DNA of 64,000 nt from Styela clava. Lineage: Eukaryota. The stretch lies in contig NC_135253.1 of the NCBI RefSeq assembly GCF_964204865.1, positions 6,758,001 to 6,822,000 on the forward strand, read 5' to 3'. A program made the position numbers and the translations under genes. Below, in pieces: positions 1-13,500 of this stretch (its first letter is position 1; each line of letters starts with the position of its first letter). The notes below the pieces were generated by a model. That model was not told the origin of the DNA and did not search any database. It saw only the letters and a list, made by a program, of their open reading frames with translations.

Positions 1-364
1 CTCTAAATCTAAAGCAATACCATAGGAAATTTGAGAAGTAAATTTTGTGAACATTTGTGCCATCTTACAACCGATTGTCACGACCTTATTGAATGTAAAG
101 TCAGAGTTATTATGGTCAAATAGTTGAAAAAGATATCAATTCTATTCAGCTGTGAGTCGTTATTAATCGTGTAAAGAAATATGATTTACCTTGTGTCCAC
201 AATGGAAATAAAAAGTTATAGTTTGATTGCAAATTATAAAAATGGTTGAGATCTGGCGATTTTTAGCATGTTTTTAGTTAAATAATGATATATAATTTAT
301 TCTATACGAATATAGTGTGTGGTTTCTGATGAAATCCGCAAACAAATACCAATGAATAGCAGTC

Positions 365-3340
365 ATGACACAAGTGCACAACTTTCCGGAGATGTCATTC
401 AGTGGTTTAGCAAAACGAATGCTCGAACAATCACCACAAACAGTACTGAGAGAGTTGTCAAGGAGTGCTAAACATGATGTTATATCTACAGCATTTGCTC
501 GTTACTTGGACGAAAAAGACGAGATGAAACAGCTGAAGGAAGAATTTGTTTTTCCAACCTACGTTTCAGAAGGTATGGCACGCCTGCTTCTCTGAATACC
601 TTTTAAGTTATGTACTGACAGTATGATATATTTTTATACCTCGATCTAGGTAAAGAGAAGAAATACATATGCTTATCTGGAAATATTCTGGGTCTGCAAC
701 CGAAATCAGCAAAGCCATTAGTCACAGCGGTAAGTATTTTAGAATTTAAAAACTTCAGTTCGCGAAAACGACTCTAATAGTAGGCTTATGGGCAATACTG
801 ACTGACAATTTATTTATGTTACCAAGGTTTTAAATTCTTGGGCAAACAAAGGGGTGGAATGTCATTTCGTGGATCCACTTCCAGCAGCATCTTGCGAAAA
901 ATACGTTTCACAACATCTTGGAAAACTTGTACGTGCAAAATCTGAACAAGTGAGTCTTATACCTAGCTTTTAAAATATTTCCAAGTTTAATGGGTTGAGT
1001 GGATTTTACATATTGTCCCGTTTAAAGCTCAATCATTTTTATATGTATTTATTTTCAGCCTTCTATAGTATTCTCATCATTATATAAAAGCTTGCATTAT
1101 ATAAAGTAAACGGACATTTCTAGCCATCACACCCAGGTTTAGGTTACCAGTAGCCTACCATATCATTATGCAATACTATTACATCTTTTATTTCCATAAT
1201 TATATTGTTTTAACATTTTTATATAATGGTGACCGTACATTTGAACCCACGTGCATTTGAACCCACGTACATTTGAACCCATGTGTATATCCGCGGGTTC
1301 AATCTATATGCGGGTGCTAAAACCCATGGGTTAGGGTTAGTATGGGTTCAAATATTCGCAAAACAAAACAAAATTCCATAGGTGCAATAGTATGCAGGTG
1401 CAATTGTCGTGGGTTCAAATGTACGTGGGTTCGAATGTACGGAACCTTATATATATATCAGGTTGTAGCAATGAACACAGTCGATGTGGATCTACATCTA
1501 ATGTTGGTTTCATTTTATCAACCAACCACAAAAAGACACAAGATATTGTTTGATAGCGAATCAGACTATGTAAATATAGCTAAATCTCAGATATTATCTC
1601 ATGGATTTAAAGTATCTGAAAGCTTGGTATCGGCTCCATATCAGGACGTAAGTGTTTATTACTTGTTGTCTACTTTTTGTAAATGAATTAATACTTGGGT
1701 ATAATTAACAGAATCTAAAATCGTACTGGTGTATGGAATCTTGCTTATAGTCATTAGAAAGCGAAATTTGAAACTGAGATATGACTCCTCAGCTATTATG
1801 ACTAGTTTTTATCTAACGCATGAAAATTCTGTAAAGATGCATCTGAGGTAAAGCTGATTCAAAAATTGTTCAATACGTTTCATAATATATTAATTATTTT
1901 TATTTTACTTTCAGACGTCGTTTTGTTTAGATATGGATGATTTAATAGATTTTATTGAACAAAATGGAGAGTCAATAGCAACCATCTTATTGCCTGCTAT
2001 ACTTCGAAAATCTGGCCAATTTCTGGATATTGAAAGAATAACAAGGACTGGTCATAAAAAAGGATGCATGGTATGTATGTACGCTAATGGAAATTGCTTT
2101 TTCATTTAGCCTGTTTCCCTTTTTGCCATGCTTTCACTGCAGATTTTAATTTGAAAAGGAGCAAAACACTGTATTCTTATTCCTGATTATCCGAATTGTG
2201 TCTCTTTGAATATTTTTTATTTAGGTTGGATTGGTGCTGAATGATGCTGTTGGAAATGTAGATCTTAAATTAAACGAGTGGGGAGTTGATTTTGCATGCT
2301 GGGATACAGGAAGATACATGAATGCTGGACCATCATCAATGGGATGCACATTCCTCCACGAAAAACATTCAAAAAATCATTTTCCTAAATTTACAGGTAG
2401 GATAGATCTTTTATCCTGGAAAACGACCTGAGAAAATTATATAATGCTCAATTCTTAATATTTAGGTTGGTGGAGTCATCAAATGTCTACAAGATTTGAA
2501 ATGACCAATGAACTTGATAGAACACCGGGCGTGAATGGATATAAATTATCCAACTTACCTCCAACAAAAATTGCTCAGATAAAAGCGGGTTTAGATATAT
2601 TTGGTAAAATTTCAATCGAAAAAATCCGAGAGAAGTCAATTCTGTTGAATGGGTGAGTTATGTTATGATACGGTATATAATTGATTTTGCAAATTATTCC
2701 TAAAGGAAACATAACCACATAGGCCTTAGCGTTCTACTCATAGTTTCCACGTGTATGATGACATCTGATAAAATTTCTCATATGAAACCTGTTGAAAAAA
2801 GCTTTGAAAGTGTTCTTTTTTCCTTTTCACACCTGTGTCACCAATACATTTCAGGTATCTAGAGACTTTATTGCAACTGAAGTACAAATGTACCGAGGGT
2901 TATATGGATTCCGACCCAATCCGGATGATTACACCATCAAATCCTTCAGAACGAGGAGCTCAACTCTCCTTCAAAGTTAAAGAGGATGCCAAAGATGTAA
3001 GACTTATTTTCCAGATTGCTCCACGATTCAGGAATTTTACTAAATATTTTTTACCGTATATTAGTTATGAGTTATAATTTGAGACATAACACTTCTCACA
3101 GCTTCATGATTACTGTCGGTTCGATTGAAAATTAAACCTACAAAAAAAAAATATCAGCCTACAAGTACCAGCAATGAAATTCACTCTTTTATTCAGATTT
3201 ATGAAAAATTGAAGAAACGTGGAATTATCTGTTCATTCTATTCTCTTGATGTATTGACGGTGTGTCCAGCGCCTTTGTATTGCGGTTTCCAAGATGTTTT
3301 ACTGTTTGTCAATGCTTTATCTGAAATTTGTGAGCTTTGA
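365..3340 (+). CDS. KYNU: Kynureninase-like protein, 9 exons (365-572, 650-729, 827-949, 1462-1647, 1915-2070, 2225-2396, 2466-2652, 2855-2996, 3197-3340), 465 aa; catalytic residues substituted
   Basis: All introns are GT-AG and phase-compatible; 1398 nt open from ATG to TGA. Kynureninase motifs: GNILGLQPK, VVAMNT..DLHLMLVSFYQPT..RHKIL, AVGNVDLKLNEWGVDFACW, GWWSH...TRFEM, SN.PP, REKSILL.GYLE, ITPSNP.ERGAQLS, PAPLY..FQDV. AATAAA at 3354-3359. Confidence 0.9.
1228..1446. mobile_element. Small foldback/MITE-like element in intron 3 of the KYNU-like gene
   Basis: Imperfect TIRs GGT(GA)CCGTACATTTGAACCC / GGGTTCGAATGTACGGAACC; internal 15-bp repeats CACGTRCATTTGAACC in both orientations; central GGGTTAGGGTTAG; TA-rich flanks. 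Confidence 0.7.
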
Positions 3341-3779
3341 GCAAAAGCTTTAAAATAAAAGTTGTAAATTGCATATCGTTTGAGTACCCTATTTGTTATA
3401 CATATATTTTTAACGGTATGGTTGTTGGGAAATAATATGAGAATATATTTTCGATGAGTAGTTAAGTACAAGGCTTGCCTATAATCGAAGAAGATGGAAT
3501 TTATAAAGTGTAACAGCACTTTTACACCCACGTACAGTTGCACTTAGATTCCATGAACTCGTACATATCCGTATGCTCAAGAGTATACAGGGTAAAACGT
3601 TGTGGGTGCAGTTTATCTTCTTACCACGGTGCAAGGTACATGACTAGAATTGCTTTATTTTGGACTAGCTGTTGTTCGTTAAGGAGAGTTTTGTCACAAC
3701 TACTCCACGGTACGATACCATATATGATACAAGAATGAATAGTAAATTATTTTCAGAGCATGCAATGTCGAATAATGTC

Positions 3780-4200
3780 TACATTTGAACGTAATTCCAG
3801 TCACTCTTGATAACTTTCTATATAGGTATTCTATGTGAGCATGCTATTTAAATTCATTGTCAATAATTATATTATTTCATTCATTACACTTCAGCTAACA
3901 TTTTACCATCAAATGATACACGGGAAACTTTGCTTATATTTGCTGTAAGAGAGCATATAAGTCGATTTAGAATAATTTATAGTTAATTTATTTACTCTCA
4001 TCCAAGCACCCACTTAACTTATTTCACCATTTTTGACAACTTGGAAAAGTTCATCACTTTGGTGATTTTTAACGATACAGGTGTCGCCAGCAAACATTTT
4101 CATGTCACTATTGGTAGCATTTTTTAAATCACTGACATGAATTGTGAAAAGTAAAGGACCCAGTATTGAGCCCTGCGGAACTCAATAACTACATTTACCC
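3780..4200 (-). mobile_element. Degenerate non-LTR retrotransposon (CR1/L2/Jockey-like) RT fragment
   Basis: Minus strand reads GVPQGSILGPLLF at ~4186-4148 and MFAGDT (degenerate FADD) at ~4097-4080; boundaries approximate. Confidence 0.65.
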
Positions 4201-6550
4201 GTGATTCAAAAATATGAAACCTAAAATCTCGTGACAAAAGTCAATCTCGGTATTGCATTTTAGCACATTGTTGAATAGTCATTAGCTGCTTTAACTTACT
4301 AAATATGAAAGTTTATGTGACTGGAACCCTATATTGAAAATCAAAATGATTGCGCGTCATAATTCTTTTTTCTAATGAGAAAAATGTTATTTTTTTTGAA
4401 CACGGCATGTCAAGTCGGGGCTGATGTAATAGAGTTGGCGATCCCATGGCTAATGTTATACGTTTAGGGGCTGGAAACATTATAGCGATATATATGAATC
4501 GATAATCCGACTATTTCAATATTTAAATGCCACTACCCTTTCGAGCGCCAGTTAGCTTGGTCGACGAAGACTTGAGGCGGGCACCCAATTTCAATGCTTT
4601 ACCCATCCAAACTTGCAGGCTAAATTGTCTGTTGCGCAAAATGGAAAATACCTCTACGATCGACCGTCGATGTCGGGCCCTCACTTTCCTCGAGGTTCGA
4701 ATAACAAGAGGTTTTCATAAACGCTCTGTTCGTCGTCCCCCTTTGGACAATTTATGGATTTTCCACAGCTGGGCACCCATTAAATTTCCTCTGAATTTGT
4801 TAAACACTTCAAAATTGATTATATACAATAGTTTAGTATGAAAAAGCCGCGTGATTAGAAGTAATGAAAGCGCACAAACCTGTTCATAACAATGTAAGCT
4901 TGAACATTCCAAGCCTAAACAAACACTACAATGTACTAACTAATAATATATTGGCTGAATAAACCTTGCAATCCTAATGAGATCGACGAGCCTGCTTTTT
5001 AGCAACAAGTTCGTCAATACGAGATGAATCATCAGCAACAGCACAACGAAAAGCCGGTACACGTATTTTGAGCTGTGTTCTGTAGCGAATGTGGAATGGT
5101 TAATATGAATTCTTCTGTTCATTTAACCCCTTTGTGCTACTGGGATATTCGAACTGGTTTTCTTGGTTCTGATTCATCCGTGACAAGCTTTTAACAGTGT
5201 CGCGCTATGTGCCGATAAGATTGGTGACATATTTCCGGCCTTCGGTCGAGAGTTGGCAAAAATTGGTTTCTGATGTATTCTTTGTTTACAGTCCTGATTT
5301 GGATCTCAATCATATATTTGTAATAAGGCTTTGTAATAAGGCAGTGTTTTTCGATATAAGTTATTTGGGATAATTCAATTCGATCGTGCAACTGTACAAT
5401 ACTTTTCCGAACCCATCTCTCCCCATGGATTCGTATGCGTTTCGATCCCAAATGCGAATGTAGACTTGATAGTTACTGTAGTTAAAGCTACTACTGGGGC
5501 GATAATGGGACTTGCCGTGAACTCTCAAACACGAGGTATTAACATCAGATGATAAAAACATTTTGGGCAGATTAGAAGTTACGGAAAGAATATTATTATG
5601 CTAAATGCTATCTGTTGAAAAGTTGAAATGTATCTCGTGGAGTACATGTACCCAAGTTTGGGAATCCCTAGAATGACAAATAAGTAAACTCATAACACAG
5701 AAACTAAATTCAAACTTATTTCTACCAAGATTGGTTCAGCAATTGGATATATATATTTTCACAGACTTCAGTGTACTAACCGTTGCATTTTTGAAATTTC
5801 TCGCAAGGAATACAACAATGTAAAAAGCACCAAAATTAACCTTTCATTCAATAAATGGGAATATTTAAGATTGATGAATATGTGAATGTTTTACTGCTTA
5901 CGTTTTGGACAAAAATCTAACAGTATTAGGGAATCGCTGAGCCTTTTTTTTAATAGTGTACCTAGGGCTGAAGCCCCACCAGCCCCCACATTAATCCGGC
6001 GTTAAGGTTAGACAATTTTTACTGAATTTTACTGAATTTTTACTAAGTAAAAATTAATAGCGTAATATGATAAAGGAGGGATAGCGCCTTTCGTGTTTGC
6101 CTTGTTCAGAATGCTATTATACATTCCTGAAACGACGGGTAAACCATTAACCACGTTCAACAATCCCTTGCTGTCTGTGTCGGCAAGAATTAGAATCGAC
6201 CAATTCAGTTGACATTGGCGTTGTTCAAACCTACGTTGCATGGTACCAAATTTAACAAGCCAGTTTGCAGATAATAGTGATATATGATGACAACCTAAAA
6301 ACAGATGTGTTGCGTGTATCTAAATGTCTAGCTCATCCACCAAACTGAGAGAAAATTCAGGGATACAAATAAAAGTGTACATGGAATAGCCGTACGTTTT
6401 CGAGGTCTATTGCGTTTCACATTTTCGCGTGATTCAATTTGGGTGTGTTGCTTCGATAACCCTGATATATTTCGCGATGCACCTCTTTTATATATATTAT
6501 GCTATCAGGATTAATTTGGCAATTTGAACTCACTTTAATAAGCGATTTAA

Positions 6551-9535
6551 ATGGATGCGGATGTTATAGTAGTCGGTGGTGGGATTAATGGCCTTTGGAC
6601 AGGATTTCATCTAACTCATGAAGGAAAAAAGACTATTTTATTCGAGCAGGTAATGATTTAACCTTATGTTATTGTTGCACGCGAGTTATATGATCAACAC
6701 ATCAATATTTTCTATTCAACCAAAACTTGAAGCATTTCATACGGTAATTATAGTCGGAGGAAAGTATAAAATATTAAAAACAGGCAAAAAATAAGAAATA
6801 ATAAAAACAACGTAATTAGGTGCCATGGCTGGAATGCTACATTTGGAATGCTAAAAATTATAGTCATAAACATCTTCTTAATAGTTTCCCTATCCACATA
6901 CTCGAGGAAGTTCTCACGGGCAATCTAGAATCACCAGGTCTTCCTATGCATCAGAAGAATATGTTGCAATATTGCCTGAAGCAAACAAACATTGGAAAGA
7001 ACTTGAGAAGGAGACAGGAAAAAAATTGTACTTGTGAGTACATCCTATTTATTTTATTCTTGTTGTAAAATGTTATTCTGATAGTTTTAGAATAACAGTA
7101 CTCGAAAATAATGACACTTGAAATGACACCGATCCTTTGAAATAATATTGCGGCTAACAGATGAAAAACAATTTAATTGTTGTTAATGGCCGAACATTCT
7201 CCAAGCAAATATTATCCAAAATACGATTGAAATCATAATATATTATAAATTATATTATAAGTCCACATTTTTCAACGTTGATGAACTAACGTTAATTGAA
7301 TGTGTGAATATTATATTAAGAGATATCGGTTGCATCAATATGTACAACATGAAGCAAACTGAAGAAGAATTCAATTCTATCATTCAAAACTTGAAAAAGC
7401 ACCAAATCAATCACGAAATTATACCTGGTGAACAACTGTCCGAACGGTTTCACGGCATTAGCAATGATTCGCAATACAGGGGGATATTTGAGACGAATGC
7501 TGGTTTATTGAGAGCAGATAAATGCCTGTCCGCTTTGCAAGTATGAAAGCATAACTTTATTTTTGTGTTTGAGAACTATAAAAATAATGGGAATATGCTA
7601 ATTCAATTTCTCTTTTTGTCCGTTCATTACAATACATATATTTTTTTTTATCCAATATCCATTTAATACTTATTGCAATATGTGCGACGTAGGAAAGCTT
7701 CAAATCTCACGGTGGGGAACTGCGAGACGGCGAGAAGGTATTGTCTGTAGTTCCAATCAACCAAGACAAAGTTGAGGTAAAGACCTCCATCAAGACATAC
7801 ACTTGCAAATCCGTTGTTTTAACGTGTGGACCATTTATAAACGATCTTTTGGCTTCTGTACATTTACGACTACCAGTACAGGTGAATATTCATGTTGTAA
7901 TCAAACTGTTCTTATTTTATTGTGTCCTATTGTTTATCGCTGACCCCAAAAGTGAAAATCCGATATAGAGGGTAGCCCGTTATGGTCCATTGTCCTGAGA
8001 ATCAGCGACATATGTATTATATGTATATGTTAGTATAGTATTTTTAAATTTGAATTGATCAAAGGCGCAAAAGACCACTGAAGTTATAAGCGCCATAAAA
8101 CATATAACAACATGTAATATTCATTAGGTCTAATTACACCGAATATTAAAATATTGCAATTTGTGGTCAAATTTATTACATGTTTAAAAGTATCAAAATA
8201 AGACTATCGTTGATATTCATTCCTTTTTGTTATTTGATGACGTTACATTTTAATGTATCTGGTACGATTTTTAGAAACGAAGTGGGTTTAATTAGACATT
8301 TCCCGGCAAAAGGGAATTCTGTGGTTGTTACTTTCATTACCGTGATTGGCGCATACAAAACATATCTCTTTGTGTTGTATACGATATGCATTTTATCTCT
8401 CAATACCAAATGACAGCCTATCAAGGTGACAGCTTACTATTGGAAAGAAAAGCCAGGCTTTACTTATTCGATTGCTAACAATTTCCCAGTAGCAAGAGAC
8501 GTCTCGGCTCGAGTATACTTCCTTCCTTCGTGTGAATATCCGGGCCTGGTGAAGGTAAGTTTTTGAGCATAAAAACAAATTTATTGTCCAACAAGCCAAT
8601 CGCCTTTTTAGCGACAGTAAACTGTCTATTCATAGCTGTGGGAGAAATCAGAAACAAATAATCCAAAAAATGTTGAGTTGAAATATTGTCAAGTCCCTAT
8701 TATTTGTAAGAGCTGGGCAAAGCAATCGTAATCGTTAATCGTGATAATCTGAGGCAATTCCATCATATTAATCAATTAATATATTATTAAGATATGCAAG
8801 CATTCTGGAGTTGCGGTTGACGATCCGAATACGAGAGATGTTATTACTCGAAAAATAGAAGAGGAAGAGAAGAAAGCACTGGAAGAATTAAAATCAGATA
8901 TCGGAATTCGTTTTCCCGGAATTGACAACAGTAATCCAGCAATTAAAGAAACCTGCATGTATACCGTGAGTTTTTATTATTGTATAGTAGAATAGAGCTG
9001 ATTTGTAAAAAGCAAATCTCTGACTTAAATGTAAAAATTTAACAATGCTAATTCAATCAGTTAATTAAAAAAATACTGCGATATGTGTCGAATAATTTTT
9101 TACATTTAATTTTTCAGGATTCTCCAGATAAGAACAGTATCCTAGATTTTCATCCCGAACATTCGAATATTGTTATTGGAACAGGATTTTCTGGTAATGG
9201 GTTTATGAAATACATTAGAATGTTTATCAAATTAAAACTGACAAAATTTAACTGAATAATACTTAGTGCCACAATATTGAGCGAATAATAAATTCATCCT
9301 AAATCAAAATCGATATTGTTTCGAAAACAATTAGAACAATTCTTTCCAAAACACGTGGTAAGATAACATAAAAACTTATTTTTTACATTATCTATGTCAA
9401 AACTAGACAAATTTATATTTAGGTACCGGATTCAAAACTTCGCCTACAGTTGGTGGAATACTGGCAGCGATGGCTACTGGAAAACAATGTCCATATCCTC
9501 TTGAACCTTTTTCATTAAATAGGTTTAATCAATGA
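6551..9535 (+). CDS. PIPOX: Sarcosine oxidase / L-pipecolate oxidase family flavoprotein, 8 exons (6551-6649, 6885-7033, 7321-7540, 7693-7881, 8417-8554, 8792-8965, 9118-9193, 9423-9535), 385 aa
   Basis: DVIVVGGGING Rossmann motif, EQFPYPHTRGSSHGQSRITR, AGLLRADKCL, LPSCEYPGLVKIC.H, ETCMYT (covalent-FAD Cys), GFSG.GFK. All splice junctions are GT-AG and in phase (1158 nt). Confidence 0.92.
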
Positions 9536-10403
9536 TCATTCTGTGAACATAATAAGACAAGAAAACATGAATATCAGCGGAACATATGAGCTTTTACTAA
9601 ATATTTGTATTTGAGCTACAAACTTATCTGTTAATTCTGCAGCATAATCTGCCTACATCATGTAATATTTCGGTAAATTTATATTGTTGCTTCAGTATCC
9701 AAAGATGTAGTTTTATAGGTGTGATACATTTGTAAAAATTGCATAAAATATGACAATGAAAATAAAACAGCAATAATCAAATCTATGAACTCGAAGGTCA
9801 AATGTTTGTCATGGTCACGGCGTTGTTAGTGAAATCCCAGTCGAATGTAAAAGAACTCTACCGTGTGTCACAGGAAGGTGTGTCCGTGAATAAAAAAAAA
9901 ACGAAAATGTGTGTGATGAAAAATGTAATTTGTTTATTTCAAAATATTAGCATTAACATATTACATAACAGACGTTGAATCAAAAAATATAATGAAATAC
10001 CCAACACGGTTTTAAAAACTCCGACTATTAACCCGTACACACAGATTCACACGACAATACGAAATAAATAACAGATAAAAAATATAATAAAACGCAGTGA
10101 AAACAAGAAAGTGAACATTGATAAATATAAATAGAGCATAGTTCTTTGTTATCCCTCGAGTCCAGCACATAGTATTGCATCATATTTTAGACCACGTCTT
10201 GCTATAATTGGCTTCCAAACCTATTCAGGTCCTAAATACTGCAGAAAATAAATACACTTATCTAGTCTAGTATCAGGTTAATCGGCTCGGTAAGTCGCTT
10301 CGATAATTTTTATTTTTATCATGATAATCGTAGAATCTTAGTTGAGTCTTAAAATGTAGTTATCCCTGGTCCAGACGGCCATGAACGAAAAAGAGAAAAG
10401 GAA

Positions 10404-10419
10404 ATTGTGACGTCACAAT
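10404..10419. promoter_or_regulatory. 16-bp perfect palindrome ATTGTGACGTCACAAT containing a CRE (TGACGTCA), 100 bp upstream of the orphan gene ATG
   Basis: Read directly from the sequence; a regulatory role is inferred from position only. Confidence 0.35.
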
Positions 10420-10518
10420 ATCTTACTTATTTAATAACAATCGATATTACAGAATTAGTAAATACGGAAAATATTGCATTTTACACCATTTGCGATATTG
10501 ATCTGTGAACAGGTAAAA

Positions 10519-13500
10519 ATGTCGTGGATTTTTGAGTTTTTGCACTCAATTCTGAGAAAAAGAATCAAATTTTTGATTATCGGAACCCGCTTCTTGCTAG
10601 TTCTTACAATCTTCTTATGTGGACTATTATCCTCTACCGGGGATAATTACCGGGAAAAAGGAGATATAATCGTCCAACAACCGCAACACTTTCCAAGCAG
10701 TATTGGAGTGTTGAATGAATCGTACGTACACTGGATTAATGTCAGAAACGATAATACTTGGATGCCGTTTGACGAATTATGCAGGACATTTAACGGGTGG
10801 TCTCTCTGTTGGTGGATTGTCATCGTCCCAATGATCTTTAGAACGGTAAGATGGTTAGTTATTTCACATAATAAAAACAAGTTCTCAATATCAGCCATTG
10901 CTGAACTTAAAGAACAAGCTTCCGACGTCATTATAAAGTACAAAATTCGAAGAAGGTTGTACAAAATTTTGAAGCTGCTTGTAAGAATTTGGTTTCGGCG
11001 TTTCCGAGGCTATAAAAAATCGAGAAAAATTGCTAAAATGAGAAAAGCGGCTTGGAAGTATGTTCGTCAGGCTCAGATGCGACAACATAGAATTGCATCA
11101 AAAAAGTCAGGACAGAGAAACGGCAAATTCATTGGGAATGGCTTCCAAGTGCCTGCGAGTAAACATTGTTGCATAAAATCTAAAGAACCCAATACTGATG
11201 CGAGTTTGTTGGGAAAGAGAGAAAGCGAGGAAAAACTGACCAGTTCAATGCATGAAGCATTACTGGATAACGATGGTTTGAATGAAAAAAATGAAACATC
11301 AACAGATAATCATATACTAGGTGATAGAATCATTGTTAAACAACAATCATCATCCGAAAATCGGTCGATTCGGAGACTTGCCCAAGAAGCAACGTTACCA
11401 CATGTGGGCGAAACAAATGCGTTTCAAAATTCTTCTGAGGATCAGCCAGATGAAAATTTGGGATTAGAAAGTCTTTTCGGTCAACAACCAGAAGACAAAG
11501 TTATTGAAAATTTGAATGTGCTCGAACCTACTGATGAAAATATGAAGAATTTTGAGATTGGCGAAGTTTCGAGTGTGCCAGAACAAACACATGAAACAAA
11601 TTCTAGTCGATGTAATTCAGATATGTATCTTTCTGATACACCGAGTTTTGATTCTCAAAATACCTCAGATTGTGATTTACCATCACATCTTGAATGGACT
11701 GAAAGCGAAAACGATTCTGACAACTTTTATAAGTATGAAGATAATTACCGTCGTGTAGCTTCCTCTTCGTCATTTGAAAGGCCAACAACTCTCCCGGAAT
11801 ATTTGAAACAACAAATATCTAAACAAAACGATTGTGTTTATGATGGAACGTCATACGGAAGCATTGTATATAGTGATGATTCATTCCCGTCTTCCATATC
11901 AATCAGATCTTATAATTCAAAAATTGAAGAATCGAGTTTGGAAGAAATATCGTTTGAATGCCCTCAACGTATGCCGTCCGTAACTTCGGGAATTTTCCTC
12001 CCTACATCGGGAAGCAAATTCGAGCAAATTCAAAATGGGAAATATCTCCCGATGCCTAATTCGCAAGTTTGCAAAGCATTAAAAATCAAAATACCCAGCG
12101 TCAGAAGAGACAGTTGCTCGGAATATTCCGAGTCAGATTCTCGGTCAGCGAGTAGCAAATTATCATCAAGTGCTGATGTAGATTTATCGACAGCAGGAAA
12201 AAATGCATCTCCTCAAAACCAGGATAATTGTGACAGTATCAACAAGACAGAACTTGAGTCAAATGAAAAGTTGGAAGAGTTTGACGAAAATTCTTGCACA
12301 TCCAGTATTGTGATGAAAATGCAGCAAGAAAAAATGTATTCAAAAAAGGAAGAAACTATAGTCAGTAACGTGAGTATTAAAATGGAATTTGTTGTCAAAT
12401 TTGTCGCGAGACTATTTTACTGCAAACCTCAGAAATAGATGGATGGATTAGGTTTTCATTTGGAAAATATTTAGATCTGTAGGAGGCTTGAATGATAAAA
12501 TAGATTATTTATATGATACATTTTATAACATAGCAGATTTTAGTACAGCTTTGGTATGTCTTTCATGATACAAACGTTGTAGTACATAAATATAAGTTAT
12601 TTTTCATTGATTATTATTGCAGAAAAACAATGGATCTGTTCTGAAGTACAATCTTGAAACTCTCCGTCATAATTTATCACGAATGGATGACAAACAACGA
12701 AAAGAATTTATTTTCAAATATGAAGTTGACACGTTACCACATGTGGGCGAAACAAATGCGTTTCAAAATTCTTCTGGGGATCAGCCAGATGAAAATTTAG
12801 GATTAGAAAGTCTTTTCGGTCAACAACCAGAAGACAAAGTTATTGAAAATTTGAATGTGCTCGAACCTACTGATGAAAATATGAAGAATTTTGAGATTGG
12901 CGAAGTTTCGAGTGTGCTAGAACAATCACATGAAACAAATTCTAGCCGGTGTAATTCAGATATGTATCATTCTGATACATCAAGTTTTGATTCTCAAAAT
13001 ACTTCAGATTGTGATTTACCATCAAATCTTGAATGGACTGAAAGCGGAAACGATTCTGACAACTTTTATAAATATGAAGATAATTACCGTCGTGTAGCTT
13101 CTTCTTCGTCATTTGAAAGGCCAACAACTCTCCCGGAATATTTGAAACGACAAATATCTAAACAAAACGATTGTGTCTATGATGGAACGTCATACGGAAG
13201 CATTGTATATAGTGATGATTCATTCCCGTCTTCCATATCAATCAGATCTTATAATTCAAAAATTGAAGAATCGAGTTTGGAAGAAATATCGTTTGAATGC
13301 CCTCAACGTATGCCGTTCGTAAGTTCGGGTATTTTCCTCCCTACATCAGGAAGAAAATTCAAGCAAATTCAAAATGGGAAATATCTCCCTATGCCTAATT
13401 CGCAAGTTTGCAAAGCATTAAAAATCAAAATACCCAGCGTCAGAAGAGACAGTTCCTCGGAATATTCCGACCCAGATTCTCGGTCAGCGAGGAGCAAATT

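Noticed and set aside
5191-5561. Minus-strand ORFs with faint C2-domain-like words (VYIRIWDRN, LLQIYD)
   Set aside because: Short, interrupted, with no convincing splice context; cannot be supported without a profile search.
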